From the NCBI RefSeq assembly GCF_022045235.1, contig NW_027266271.1, positions 12,586,001 to 12,650,000 of the forward strand: a stretch of DNA of 64,000 bases, written 5' to 3'. The stretch is from Haliotis cracherodii. Its lineage: Eukaryota. This document shows, one piece after another, positions 1 to 12,500 of the stretch; positions within the stretch are counted from its first letter, which is position 1; every line of letters begins with the position of its first letter. Under the pieces are notes generated by a model. The model did not search any database, was not told where the DNA came from, and was given only the letters and a program-made list of their open reading frames with translations. The position numbers were made by a program, and so were the translations under genes.

Positions 1-1324
1 CCATCGTCATATAGTTGGAATATTACTAAGTCCTGCATTTAAAACAATCAAACAAACTTTTAATCTCTGTACAACTTTTACTGCCACAATTTTGGTTCTT
101 TCCATGCAATTTTTTACAGTTGTTTCTGTTATGACGATTCAGGATAACAACAGACCCTTTTCTTGATTTTGATTCCTCAGCATCGAAAATCTTGAGGACA
201 TAACAACAGTATGTCAAGGTGGTCTGCCACACTGCCATTACATCGTTACAATAGTGTCACTGTGATATGAACTATATCTACAGTGAGCCAGATGTCATCA
301 CACATATTGTACTGTGATGTATTGTTGCAATCCTAACCAGTAAAGACAAGTGACTACAGATTTTTCTTCAAATAACCTTGGGCAGAAGCCTAGGTGAGTT
401 TCTTGCAAGACCTTCTCTCATAGGGCAAGCAGAGCCAACACAGCAACTAGGCAGACTTTAATACGTTAGGGCATCGTATATCACAAATGCTTGTCCAAAA
501 TAAAATTTGAAAATCGGAAATAGTGGAAAACACCAGAAATGCAAAATCGTCCATACAAAAAAATTCCTCCAGTAAGGGGATTAAAGGAGGTTAAAGCGGG
601 TTCCTGGAGTTTGACACCTTGGCATTTTCAATGACGAGCAAACGCCTTAACCACTAGGCTACTCGACCGCCCCACATCAAGAAGTGACATGAACACATGA
701 TGAAGCATGCCTCCTGCACCTCCCTCCCCTTCTGGATCCACAGTGTTTGTTAGTTTGTACTTTAACGCCGCACTCACCAATATTCCTGCTATAAAACGGT
801 GGTTTATAAATAATCGAGTCTCGACCAGACAATCCAGTGACTGACATCATGAGCAGCCATCTATGCAATTGGGATACGATGACATGCATCAACCAAGTCA
901 GCGTGTCTGACCACATTATTCTGTTAGTCCCCTTGCGCGCCAAGCATGGATTGCTGACCAAATTCCCAAATCAGTTCTAACCCGGATCTTCATGTCAAGG
1001 ATAAAACAAGACTCACAGTTTTACATTTTCAATGAAAACCGAGGAAGAGTGTTTTATCCTCCTTATCAATAGTCTTAATGCAAAACATTCCAGAAAAAAT
1101 AAGAGACCATTGGGTAACCTTATGGTGAAACAATACAATGGGTCACAGTATAAAGGAATTTGATCAAAGTGTGCGAGAAAGATCATGTGCTTTATGCATA
1201 CAACTGAAATCATGACATGTAAAATTGAACAACCTATCACCTAGGTCTTACAATTCAAATGTAAAACCTCTGCACAGGTCTCCCTTGAAAGTAGTACCTC
1301 TCACAAGGTTACTATAAGATAGGA

Positions 1325-1597
1325 TTGGTTGGTTGGTTGGTTGGTTGTTTAATGCCACACTCAGCATTATTCCAGCTCTATGACGGCGGTCTGTAAATAA
1401 TCGAGTCTGGACCAGACAATCCAGTGATTAATATCATGAGCATCGATCCACGCAATTGGGATCGATGACATGCATCAACCAAGTCAGCTAGCCTGACCAC
1501 CCGATCCCGATAGTCGCCTTTTACGACAAGCACAGTCACCTTTTACGGCAAGCATGGGTTGCTGAAGACCTATTCTACCCCGGAATCTTCACGGGTC
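1325..1597 (-). mobile_element. Non-tRNA-headed SINE-like retroposon (family 1); other copies ~744-996, 2161-2345, 7120-7240, 9020-9240, 10595-10838, 10890-11083, 62503-62765
   Basis: 5' GACCCGTGAAGAT(T)CCGGGG, 3' tail GCTGGAAT..TGCTGAGTG(C/T)GGC(G/A)TTAAAC plus (AAC(C/A))n; TSD (C)TATAAGATAGGA at 1312-1324 and 1597-1609. Confidence 0.85.
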
Positions 1598-1683
1598 TAT
1601 AAGATAGGAAGACACCTACAATACAAAAGACAAAAGTGGCATTGATCCTCCTTTAATGTCTGACAGTGTAAAGCAAAGGATAC

Positions 1684-1772
1684 TCAGCGGATGCAGAGCC
1701 CCTGGTGCCGATACTGAAGTTGTCGATGAAGCGGACTGTTCTGCTCTCAAGGGGCACTGTGGTTCCTCCTGA
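1684..1772 (-). CDS. PPCS: Phosphopantothenate--cysteine ligase, coding exon 2 ([30 protein letters not shown])
   Basis: Acceptor TTATCTAG| at 1773; 89 nt encoding the PPCS/CoaB signature GGTxVPLE-x3-VRFxDNFSxGxRG; phase-2 donor GA|GTATCCTTT. The remaining exons appear to lie left of the window. Confidence 0.93.
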
Positions 1773-1829
1773 CTAGATAAATGAAAAAGGGATGATTTCA
1801 ACAAGATGGTGGGTGGATTGTTTGGGAGG

Positions 1830-2460
1830 GAGTAAGAGAGTGTGTAGGTCTGGGTGGAAGGTGGAAGAGTGAGTGAGTGGATGGTGGGAGAGTGAGTGGA
1901 TGGACGGGAGAGTGGATGGGTGGGAGAGTGAGTGGGAGAGTGAGAGTGACTGGGTGAGTGAGTGAGAAAGTGGGTGAGAGAGTGGGAGAGTGAGTGAGTG
2001 GATGGACGGGAGAGTGGATGGGTGGGAGAGTGAGTGGGAGAGTGAGAGTGACTGGGAGAGTGTGTGAGAGAGTGGGTGAGTGGATGGATGGGATAGTGGA
2101 TGGATGGGACAGTGGGTGAGTGGATGGTGGAAGAGTGAGTGAGTGGATGGGTGGGAGAGTGTTTGTTTGTTGTTTAATGCCACGCTCAGCAATATTCCAG
2201 CTATATGACGGTGGTCTGTAAATAACCCAGTATGGACCAGACATTCCAGTGACTGACATCAGGAGCATCGATCCATACAGTTGGGATACAATGACATGCA
2301 TCAATCAAGTAAGCGAGCCTGACCAGCTTATCCCGTTAGAGGTCTATTACTACAAGCATAGTGGCCTGTGGAGAGTGAGTGAGTGGGAGAGTGAGTGGAT
2401 GGGAGAGTGAGTGGATGGGTGAGTGAGTGGATGGGAGAGTGAGTGAGTGGATGGGTGAGT
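1830..2460. repeat. Compound GAGT/GGAT/GGGA tetranucleotide low-complexity tract, interrupted by a family-1 SINE
   Basis: Direct inspection; explains the H/S/L/P/T-rich ORFs at 1773-2568. Confidence 0.9.
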
Positions 2461-3594
2461 TTTAGACAGGAAGCACATGTGAAACAAGAAATTAAGTAAA
2501 AAGCAAAGGTAAGAGTTATGTAACTTATAAACATATCCCTCTGGTGAGACATGTAACAGAGTAATCATAGTATCATAAGCATACAGTGTTACAAATTGGC
2601 ACTAGTCCTGTAGTCCTTGCCAAACTGCCTCATAGTTAAGGTATCATAAGGACTAGTAGAAATTTGACCTTTTTAAGGGGTTACCTATATGTTATCATTA
2701 TAAGGACTAGTGGACTAAAACTGTTAGTTTCTACCACTGGCATAAGATATTTATTTGCAGTATGATATGTTTATGTGACAAGTTGATTAATGCTAAAACA
2801 TGCATGGAAACAAGAGTGTGTCCATTGTGACAAGCCTCCATCAAATTAATAATCATGATGTCTGCTTATGCCGGCCAGTTGACTTGAAAATGGTTTGTAC
2901 AAGATGACAAGCCAAACGATGAAGTATTCTGGTTTTGTGTATCCCCTGTTGTCCTACCGGGGATTTATCCAGGAAACTAAACTAAGTGCTTCTGGCATGC
3001 AAATTGGGGAAGAAAATTGTTATTTTGTTCAAAATTTGGATTTTTTAAAAAGTTCTTGTGTTCCTTAATTCGGAGGTGTTTTGGCATTGTATTTTGATAC
3101 TGTAATGAAAAAATATATAACTAAGCATTAAAATCTCTTTCAATTTATTGGTCTTGTAATCAGTGACAAACAGGTTAATCTATATATAGCAGCCCTGAGT
3201 GATTTATTCTCCCTGCAGTGTTTTACAGTACGATAAACAATGACCATGGGTTGTTTATTTCTCATATGAGATACCGGTATCAACATTGTGTACAGCCTCT
3301 TTAAGGATGTTGATGAAATGTAGAAGCTTTAAAAATATATAACCAAATTTTAATAATGATGACTCCCTGAATAGAATCCGACCTCGGAAATGTCGGACAA
3401 GACCATTTTATGAACAGGTGGATCAGCTTGGTATTTCCTGCATATTCTCCTATCTCCGTGTCAATTATCTGTACCTTTTCTCCTGATACCGATTGTCATA
3501 TGAGATCATTCAGCCACTGCGTTTATCTACATAGCAACTTACTAGACACTTCCCTCTCAAAAATAATGTTGTCCATTACGCGACGTCATCCATA

Positions 3595-5078
3595 TATACT
3601 CAACAATAAAAGTTCCTGTCACACCAGTATATTAGTGTATTTTTCAAACAAGTAAAGTTTGGTTTTCAATATTGTAGTACATGTATGGCATCAAGTCACA
3701 AAAACGCAACTGCTACAGTAAAGCATGCATTCCATGTAAAAGTTTACTTTTATGCAAGCCCCATGCATTTCACTACCCAAGAATGGGTATGAAAACATAC
3801 GGATTTACGGGATTCCATATGCATTGTTTAGCATCGGGCTGACAACAACCACTCAGAAAAACAACAAAATTACGCAATTATTCAACATTACGAAAAGCCA
3901 CGCCTGTCCAAAAATGAGCGTCTGCGAGCCACTTGTATACTTGAAGCAGGATCGAGTCAACGTGATGTTGCAAGACAATTTAATGTCCACAGAAACACGA
4001 TTTGGTGTTAATGGCAACGTTGGCAACAGACGAATGCAGTCAGAGACCGACAGACCATCCTTGGAGTGGCAAGCTACGCGTAACCAATAATCGACAAGAC
4101 AACTGGATTCGAACAACAAACCTACGAAATCGATTCCAGCCAGCAACAGTGACTGCAAGAAGCATCCCTGGCCTTCAACGAATATCTTCACAAACCGTAC
4201 GTCATTGCCTCAGATGTGCAGGGATTATCGCCAGAAGACCCGCAAGACGTCCCATTTGGACACAAAACCACAGTCAAGCACGTCTACAGTGGTTCAGACA
4301 GCGTCCATGCAGTGGGGACAAGTTCTATTCACTGACGAGTCTCGTTTTCACCTCAGCCACAGCGATGGACGGATTCGAGTGTACCGACCTCCAGGTGAAC
4401 GTTACGTCAATCATTGTGTCATGGAAGAAGATCGGTTCGGGGGCGGCAGCGTTACGGTATGGGATTACAGCAAGACAGATGACCCGTTTGATAGTGGTAG
4501 AGGGAAATCTCAATGGACAGCGCTACCGCGACGAGATCATCGGCCCTGTTGTTCTTCCGTTTTTGCGTCGTCATGGCCCAGGCATTACCTTTCAACATGA
4601 CAACGCCCGGTCTCATATTGCTTGTTCAGGATTCTCTTAAAAAAAACAACGTGAATGTCATCCCCTGGCCGGCTCGCTCCCCTGATCTATCACCAATCAG
4701 GCACATGTGGGATGAGATGGATTGGTGCCGTGACGTCAACCACGTGTTCCACAGACACTCCAGGAACTTCGAAACATTCGACAGATATCCAATAGGACTT
4801 TGTGCGATGCCTGGTCTATTCCATGGGACGAAGATGTATTGCTTGCATCGCAACCAGAGGTGGACACACATGCTATTGATTTGTAAATTGACATTTTGGC
4901 ATGTTCATGTTTTTTATGAAATCACACATTTTCTGAAGTCAGTAGGGCAAATTAAACCATTTGAACGCTTACAGGAGTCTTTTATCTATTGCAAACCGAA
5001 ATTGTTTCAGATTTGGTAAAAAACATAACTTGGCATAAATCTTATTCAATGTCACAGGAACTTTTGTTGTTCAGTATA
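3595..5078 (+). mobile_element. Tc1-family DNA transposon, defective, in PPCS intron 1
   Basis: TIRs TATACT(C/G)AACAA(T/C)AAAAGTTCCTGT at both ends in TA context; transposase fragments VLFTDESRF, FGGGSV, FQHDNAR, WPARSPDLSPI, GGHT. Confidence 0.9.
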
Positions 5079-5708
5079 TATAAGGCATAGGACATATTTT
5101 TATATGGAACATTTTTAATTCTAATTTGGGACTTTATTAGCAGGTCTAGAAATATTCCTGTCTACAGTAGCACTCTTTCTATCTTACACATATTAATTGA
5201 ATATTCTTTATTGTTATAAAGATATGAAATAAATGATATTCAATGACTGCTTCACAATGAAAACCACAAAGATTTGCTTGTTTATGAAGGAGGAACAATC
5301 TATGGCGTGGGCGATGTATGTGTAAGTGGAGCGTTGTTATGGAAGAAACGTGGATGAAAATGAATGTATAATTTCCACTTTAATGGAAAACACGTGAAAA
5401 GGATAAATTTCACAATGTTAAGGAAAAGAGATTTTATGAATGCTTCATCAAATATATCCACGAAGTATCGCAGATGCGATTTATGTCCCTTTATATATAA
5501 TCCAAAGTTCATGCGCTGAAAGATCCATGTTCTATCTTTAAATATAACACTGCTAATAGAACATGTCAACAGAATATATACTCAAAACGATCTATTTTCA
5601 ACAGTTACGAACATTCTCTACATAAACATTAGGGCCTAGTTTCAATTCAAAATCCGCATGTGGAAATACGGACTGCACGTGAAAGCGGTACTTTGGACTG
5701 ATACTCAC

Positions 5709-5846
5709 TGATACAAGGACCACCCTGTTCCCGATCGCACTGTGTTTGGATACAAATTCCCTCATATACTCGTATTTGTCATTGAACCTTTCCGGCACTG
5801 CTGTTTGTGCGAAGAAATCATCTTGATTTGTAGATGCCGCACTCAT
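5709..5846 (-). CDS. PPCS: Phosphopantothenate--cysteine ligase, coding exon 1 (MSAASTNQDD...GNRVVLVS)
   Basis: ATG at 5846, 46 codons, phase-0 donor TCA|GTGAGT at 5709. Joined to exon 2 it gives [15 protein letters not shown], matching the PPCS N-terminal motif RVVLVTSGGTxVPLE. Confidence 0.9.
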
Positions 5847-6936
5847 GATTCGTCTTTTGCAAAAACCCTGTTCCTGTAAACTTTCAACACCGTATGGCCA
5901 CTGACAACACTGCGAGCGAGTCCGCAACCTCGTAGCAAAGAGACACCGCTAATATGTAAAACACGAACAGCGCAACGAAACACGATTGCTTGATTTTAAT
6001 ACACATGGTATTGCAACAGCTGTGCACAATTCAATATGTAGCATTCTAATAAAATTCGCTGTTTTACCCAATAAACGAACTCAATGAGTACAAGGTATTA
6101 TATTGCTTGTACATGCAGAAATATGTTTTATCCAATATGAAATACTAAATGTAAATTTTAACAAGAACTCGTTGTTGTTATTATCAATATTGAGACATGA
6201 TTATTTATAAATAAATAGATATATTGAGATGGATTGATGGATGGATGAATAAACGACCAGTGGACCCAGCGCAGTAGAACGAGCGTCGCTGACCATGTGC
6301 AGGGTTGACTGAATCCACATATAAAGATTCAGTCAACCCTGCACATGTTACAGTGTATGAAATGAAATATACTACAATTGGTTCACGTAGACATATAAGA
6401 AAGAACTAATTATTCGTTATTAAAACATAAGTTGTTTGTTTGCCATACGTGAAGGTGGAGTGTGTGCGTGTGTGCGTGTGTGCGTGTGTGCGTGTGTGCG
6501 TTTCTGTGTGTGTATATATACACTCCAATCTTTTTTGGGCGGTCGGGTAGCCTAGAGTTTAAAAGCGTTCGCTCGTCACACCGAAGACCCGGGTTCGATT
6601 CCCGACATGGGTATAATGTGTGAAGCCCATTTCTGGTGTCCCCCGTCGTGATATTGCTGGAATATTGCTAAAAGCGGCGTAAAACCGTACTCACTCACTC
6701 ACTCCAAACTTTTGTTTTTGTCTGTCTATCCATCTATTCCACTGTATGCATACATCCTATACCTATCAACCTGTTTTACATTAAAACATTCGTCTTTGCA
6801 TATTTTTATTGTACTAGAATATGTGTAGTTTCGATAACACAGCATCTGATGTAACATATATGTAATTTAAGAATAATCTTAGAAACCCACGAAACAATAT
6901 TTATCATGCGCATGTTGGTCGTTTACAAGTATGTTT

Positions 6937-7100
6937 AAGTAAGGATAAGAATTTATGGATGAACAACTTTTTTGTTACAACCAAGCGCGACGTGTCGGTG
7001 TTAGAACCTACACCGAAACGTCGCTCTTAATTGTAATATAGAAGTTGTTCATCCATAAATTCTTATCCTTACTCTAACTTCTAAATGCCTATCAAAGAGG
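6937..7100. mobile_element. Palindromic Penelope-derived mini-element with 14-bp target-site duplication
   Basis: Inverted repeat 6938-7073 around CGGTGT-n8-ACACCGAAACGTCG; flanked by TTACAAGTATGTTT at 6923-6936 and 7101-7114. Confidence 0.7.
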
Positions 7101-9530
7101 TTACAAGTATGTTTGTATATTTTTGTTTATGCCACGCTCAGTAATAGTCCAGCTACATGAGGGCGGTCTGGAAATAATTGAGTCTGGATCAGGCAATCCA
7201 GTGATTGATATTAGTAGCATCGATCTATGCAATCCGGTAAGAACATAAAATCAACCAATTTTTGTAAGTTACGCACGCGCATGCCCTTACGAACGAACAC
7301 ACGCACGCACGTCCGAAATCCCCGCGAGTGAATAAGTACATGTATATTATCGTAATATTTCACATGTTTTATTAAATAATTACTAGAATGCAATATTCAA
7401 ACCTGTATTATTTAAATATACCTGTGAGGAAACGTTTGGCAACATCCTATTTTTATGGTGATGTACATCTGCGGCTTCATATAGTAACAGTAAACATTAT
7501 ATTCTGACAATCATATCACAATATTCTATATATTTATTTAAATACACACGAGAGAACTGTAGTTTTACAATGGAACAATAAAAACTTTATGTTGAATACG
7601 TTATCCACGGCTGTGCGTGTAACACATCATTCCATAGACATGCTCAACCACACTACGTCAGTGAGTGATTGCTGCAATATCACTAGTGAGTGTGTTGGGT
7701 TTAACACCCCTTTTAACAATATTCCAGTTAAATCGCGGCGTGTCAGGTTAATATGGGAGGAAAGCCCGAAGTGATGCACATCTCAGACGTTTACCACTTC
7801 GGTGAAACCCACGAGCAAGGGTATGGTGCTGACAAACCTAGAAACTTAATCGGGGCGAACCGGGATTCGAACCCACCACCATAGGTTTCTGGCATGCAGC
7901 AATATCACAAAACGGGATCGGGATAAGAATGGGATAGGATGGAGTTTCAAGAATAATTCTATTCCAGAATCTGTAAATAAAAGCGACAAAACCCTTTCGA
8001 TGCCAAAAGGAGAGTCCATTGTACGATTCCGACTATATCATGAGAATGAGGTGAAATGGGGTTTTCAACGTCGCGTTCAAGATTATTGCACTTATATAGC
8101 TACGTGCATGCACGTGTGTGTGATGCTGCTTGTACATGTACTAGCTAAGTAAGGAGCATCAATTCGCTGTCTAGAGTTGCGTCCCTTGAGCACGTCAAAA
8201 CCCTATGATTGTGGGTTCGAATCCCGGTTCGCCCCGATTATGTTTCTAGGTTAGCCATCACCATACCAGTTTTTGTGGGTTTCGTGATATACGACTGAGA
8301 TCTGCATCACATGTGTTCAGAACGCCGTGCCATATCTGGAACACTGTTCAAAGTTGCGTTAACTATTTACGTTTAATTCGATTATCCTTAAAATAGTATA
8401 AATTATTCTACATTTATACCAGAAGCCAAATAATATACCACCTGTAACCAACTTGTACGATAATACTTATACGCATCATCCTGCACAGTGTCGTGTGTCA
8501 TGTGTCATGATATGTCATGATTCACCAAGCTATCCCGGGGTGTACATGCATATAATGTCGCCATGCACCAGCGCATATCAACAATCTGGGGAACAACGCT
8601 ATCTGTACGTTAATGTAACATTCTTATGTCCCTCTGAACCAAGATCCCTGCTACGTCACAAATATTGACAGACAAGCTGCAGGAAGACGCGATCCATAAA
8701 GTGCACGATAAGCACGTGCCAAACAAAGTATTATGATTTTTGTTTATGGATTATTATGTTTTTATTTGCAGTGTCATCATCAATGCTTATGTAAATATTA
8801 TCAGCTATAATTTCTAAAAGTATTTTTTTTCTGGAATTAATTTTCAACCACATATTCATTCTTATGTAAGCAACTCTAAAACGAATCCAAGGCTTCGTAT
8901 ATATATATATATATATATATATCCAAGGTATATTTGTCGTTTCTGTATGCAAGCTTGTTGAACATAAGAGATAGCGCAACTATTTACAATAAATTTCAAT
9001 GTTTTCTTTTGTTATTTTGTAGCTTAACGTCGCACTCGGCAAAATTCAAGCTATATGACGGAGCTGTAAAAAATCGATTCTGGACCAGACAATCGGGTGA
9101 TTAAAATCATGAGTGAGTAGGTAGGTAGGTAGGTTTTCTGTTTGTTGTTTAAAGCCGCACTCAGCAATGTTCCACCTATATGACGGCGGTCTTTAAATAA
9201 TCGAATCTGGGCCAGACAATCCGGTGACTGACATCACGAGTGTGTATGTGTGTGTGTGTGTGTGTGTGTGTTTGTGTATGTATATGCACGTTTATGCGCA
9301 TCTGGAATAGGGAGATAAACATTACCGAGAATAGAGGAACAAGCACTTCAAACCATTTCCTCTTATTGTTGTGACACTCGTGGGCTACAGTAGTAGACCT
9401 TGTCTGTATTGCCGCCGTTCACACAATACCAGCGGCTTATCATAGCGCTGTTTAGGCCCCTGAGAACCATCTCACCAACAGCTCATAAGTTGTAACTCGT
9501 GTAAGCCTATATACTAGTACATTTGAAACA

Positions 9531-12500
9531 ATGTCTGAAGAAGTCAATCTTGCCTCTAGCGATTTCCAATCAATCGAAGGACTAAACGAAGAACTTGGAG
9601 CAAAGGCAGAAAAACAGAATCGCACCGGTGATGATGACCAAGCACAAGGGGACAGGGTAAGTCTGTGAGTCGTGTTTTACTAAGTGGTCATTGCACGTGC
9701 GTGAGCAAGTGAATACGTTTTTTACGCCGCAGTCAGCCAAAAATTCCACAATATCACGGCGACCTGGAAATTATCGACTCTGTACCAAAGAAACCTGTGC
9801 CAGAAAGAATGGACACAGATCCACGTCACTAGGGTACACTTTCACGCACTCATTCAAATAAATTAATTTCCATTTCTCGTGTCTGCCGTCGTGATTTTAC
9901 CGGAATATTGCTAAAAAGGGCATATCATCCATACTTAGTCACTATTCTTAGTGCACGTGCCATTCGATACAGGCACCCGAGCAAAAGAAAATGAATACAT
10001 TCAAGACGTCAACACCAGAGAATAACCAGTCTCGATTATCCGCCGAACAGATTCCATTGGGAACAAAAGGCAAAACAGTAAAATTGTATGAATGGATCAC
10101 TGAAAGTCAGTGATCGTGAAACGTAAGCGTATCCTGAATTATCAGCGGCCCGACGGCGGCCTGTAAACCAACCTGACAGTCTTCATCATCCAATCCGGGT
10201 TTCAGTCGGCCCTGACGACAGTAATAGGCAATTTTAGCTGACCAGGGAACGTCATATGGTCAAATAACACCATGTCTTCGTTTGTTTTCAGCTTACGCTG
10301 AGGAACAGAGCAGTAGATAAAGGCAAGAAGATCATTGTCTTTCTCGTTCCCATATTTGCCAGTGTGATAGTGAACATCATAGCTGGATTCTTCTACATGT
10401 CGTTCCTGTTCGTCGTCCAGATTGTTGTTACAAGGGCATTCGGTGAAGATGGAGAGATGGTCACTAAAGTACAAAACACATTTAGGGTGTTTTCTGCGCT
10501 GGCAAGTATGTTGTGCTAATTGTGATATTAAACTGTCCCCTCAAGGTGTACGTTTTTTCTGTGTTTTTTTTTTGTAGGGATCATCCTTGATTGTTTCCTT
10601 GTTTGTTGTTTAACGCCGCACTCAGCAATATTCCAGCTATGACGACGGTCTGTAAATAATCGTGTCTGAACCAGGCAATCCAGTGATTGACATCGTGTGC
10701 ATCGATCCACGCAATGTCAGCCAAGTCAGCGAGCCTGACCACCCGATCCCGTTAGTCGCCTCTTACGACAAGCATAGTTGCCTTTTACAGCAAGCATGGG
10801 TTGCTGAAGACTTATTCTACCCCGGATCTTCACGGGTCGACAGGCATCTATAACACTATTATGTATATAATTATGCATGATGTATATCTGTTTGTTTGTT
10901 GTTTAACATTATGACAGCGGTCTGTAACTAATCGATTGATATCATGAGCATCGATCTACGCAATTGGGATACGATGACATGCATCAACCAGGTCAGCGAG
11001 CCTGACCACCCATTCCCGTTAGACGCCTTTTACAGCAAGCATGAGTTGCTAAAGACCTGTTCTACCCCGGATCTTCACAGGTCTGACGTAGATCTACAAA
11101 TAAATGTATACATATTGATAAACAATAGGTTTTTGTCTATTTGGAACATCACAGTTGGTCCAAATATTCTTATGGCCATGTCCACAAGTGTCGTTCTAGT
11201 ATGTTGTTGACGTTGATGGACTGTTATACACCAGTATAAGTATTTATCGGGTGGGTAAGAGCTGCATTTTATCATAATACATGATAATTTATTTTCGCCG
11301 GAATACGAAGATGAATTAAATATGGTTATATTGCACATCTGTGGTTATTTCAGCTGCTCGGGGGCACTGGTGGCAGTGATCAAAGGCGCCGCGATTCGCT
11401 GTGCAGAGATGCGTCCCTTGGGCACGCCGGAAACCTATGATTGTGGGTTCGAATCCTGGTTCGCCCCGATTATGTTTCTAGGTTTGTCAGCACTATACCC
11501 GTGCTCGTGGGTTTCACCGAAGTGGTAAACGTCTGAGACCTGCATCACTTCGGGCTTTCCTCCCATCTTAAGCTGACACGCCGTGATATAACTGGAATAC
11601 TGTTAAAAGCGGCGTTAAACCCAACTCACTCACACACTCACTCACTATTTCAGCTGCTTCCTGTGCGCCGCTTATGATCAGATACGGCTTCCGGAAGGTC
11701 GCCCTGGGCGGAAGTGTTCTACTCATCTTTTCCTGTATCTCGTCGTCATTGACAACCACAGCTGACATTCTGACTATACCATATGGATTTATGGGAGGTA
11801 TGTGTTAGCATCGCCCCTTATATACACGTCACATTATTTTTTCATTAGTCAGTGATGTTTAGACAAAGCGGTGTACGGTGTACAGCTGGAAATGATATAC
11901 CCCCGTTGTTATGGTAACATACATTTTGCCGATAAATTCGTTTCAGGCTATACTAGCGTCTTTCAGCCAAACGGCGTCGCATTATGTGTACCACTATTGA
12001 CCTTAGAAGTGTTGGATGAACAAAGCCGAAACAGAAACAAACTTTTGTATTTTACACGGGATTGAAGAAAAAGTTTCTTTTGTCAATAAAACGATATAGG
12101 TCATATAGACGGATATATTTTTTCTCTCTAGAATTTCCCCCTTTCTCTTTCGCCTACCATTCTGGATTCCTATACGTTCGGCTAATATTATAATTATATC
12201 AATTGAAAAACTGCTTTAAATGTTTGTCCTGACTAAGTACCATATGGAATCTTTGTAAGGCATTGCTTTGGGTCTTCTTCGGACTACTGGTGTCGTGGCC
12301 ACCATCGACTACCTCAACACTCGCCCAGCTCTCGCTCTCTTCATCAGCGTCATCAGCTTCGTCATTGGGAACATCATCGGCATCATTGTCATCATCTTCG
12401 ACTTAATTCAATATCTGGACAGTAGACGGAGATGGTCTAACGTCATGAGAGTGTTTGAGATAACGGCTGTGATAGGACTTCTCGCTGGTAGTTTTCTGCA

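Noticed and set aside
1773-2568. His/Ser/Pro-rich ORFs
   Set aside because: Translations of tetranucleotide repeats inside PPCS intron 1.
6537-6620. tRNA-Asp gene (also 13191, 14206, 58151)
   Set aside because: No acceptor stem; continues into a shared SINE body and (CACT)n tail with TSDs.
9991-10077. Possible alternative first exon of gene A (MNTFKTSTPE...GKT|GTAAAA) or Tyr-exon remnant (EYIQDVN in another frame)
   Set aside because: Weak donor, similarity too short, and no paralog support.
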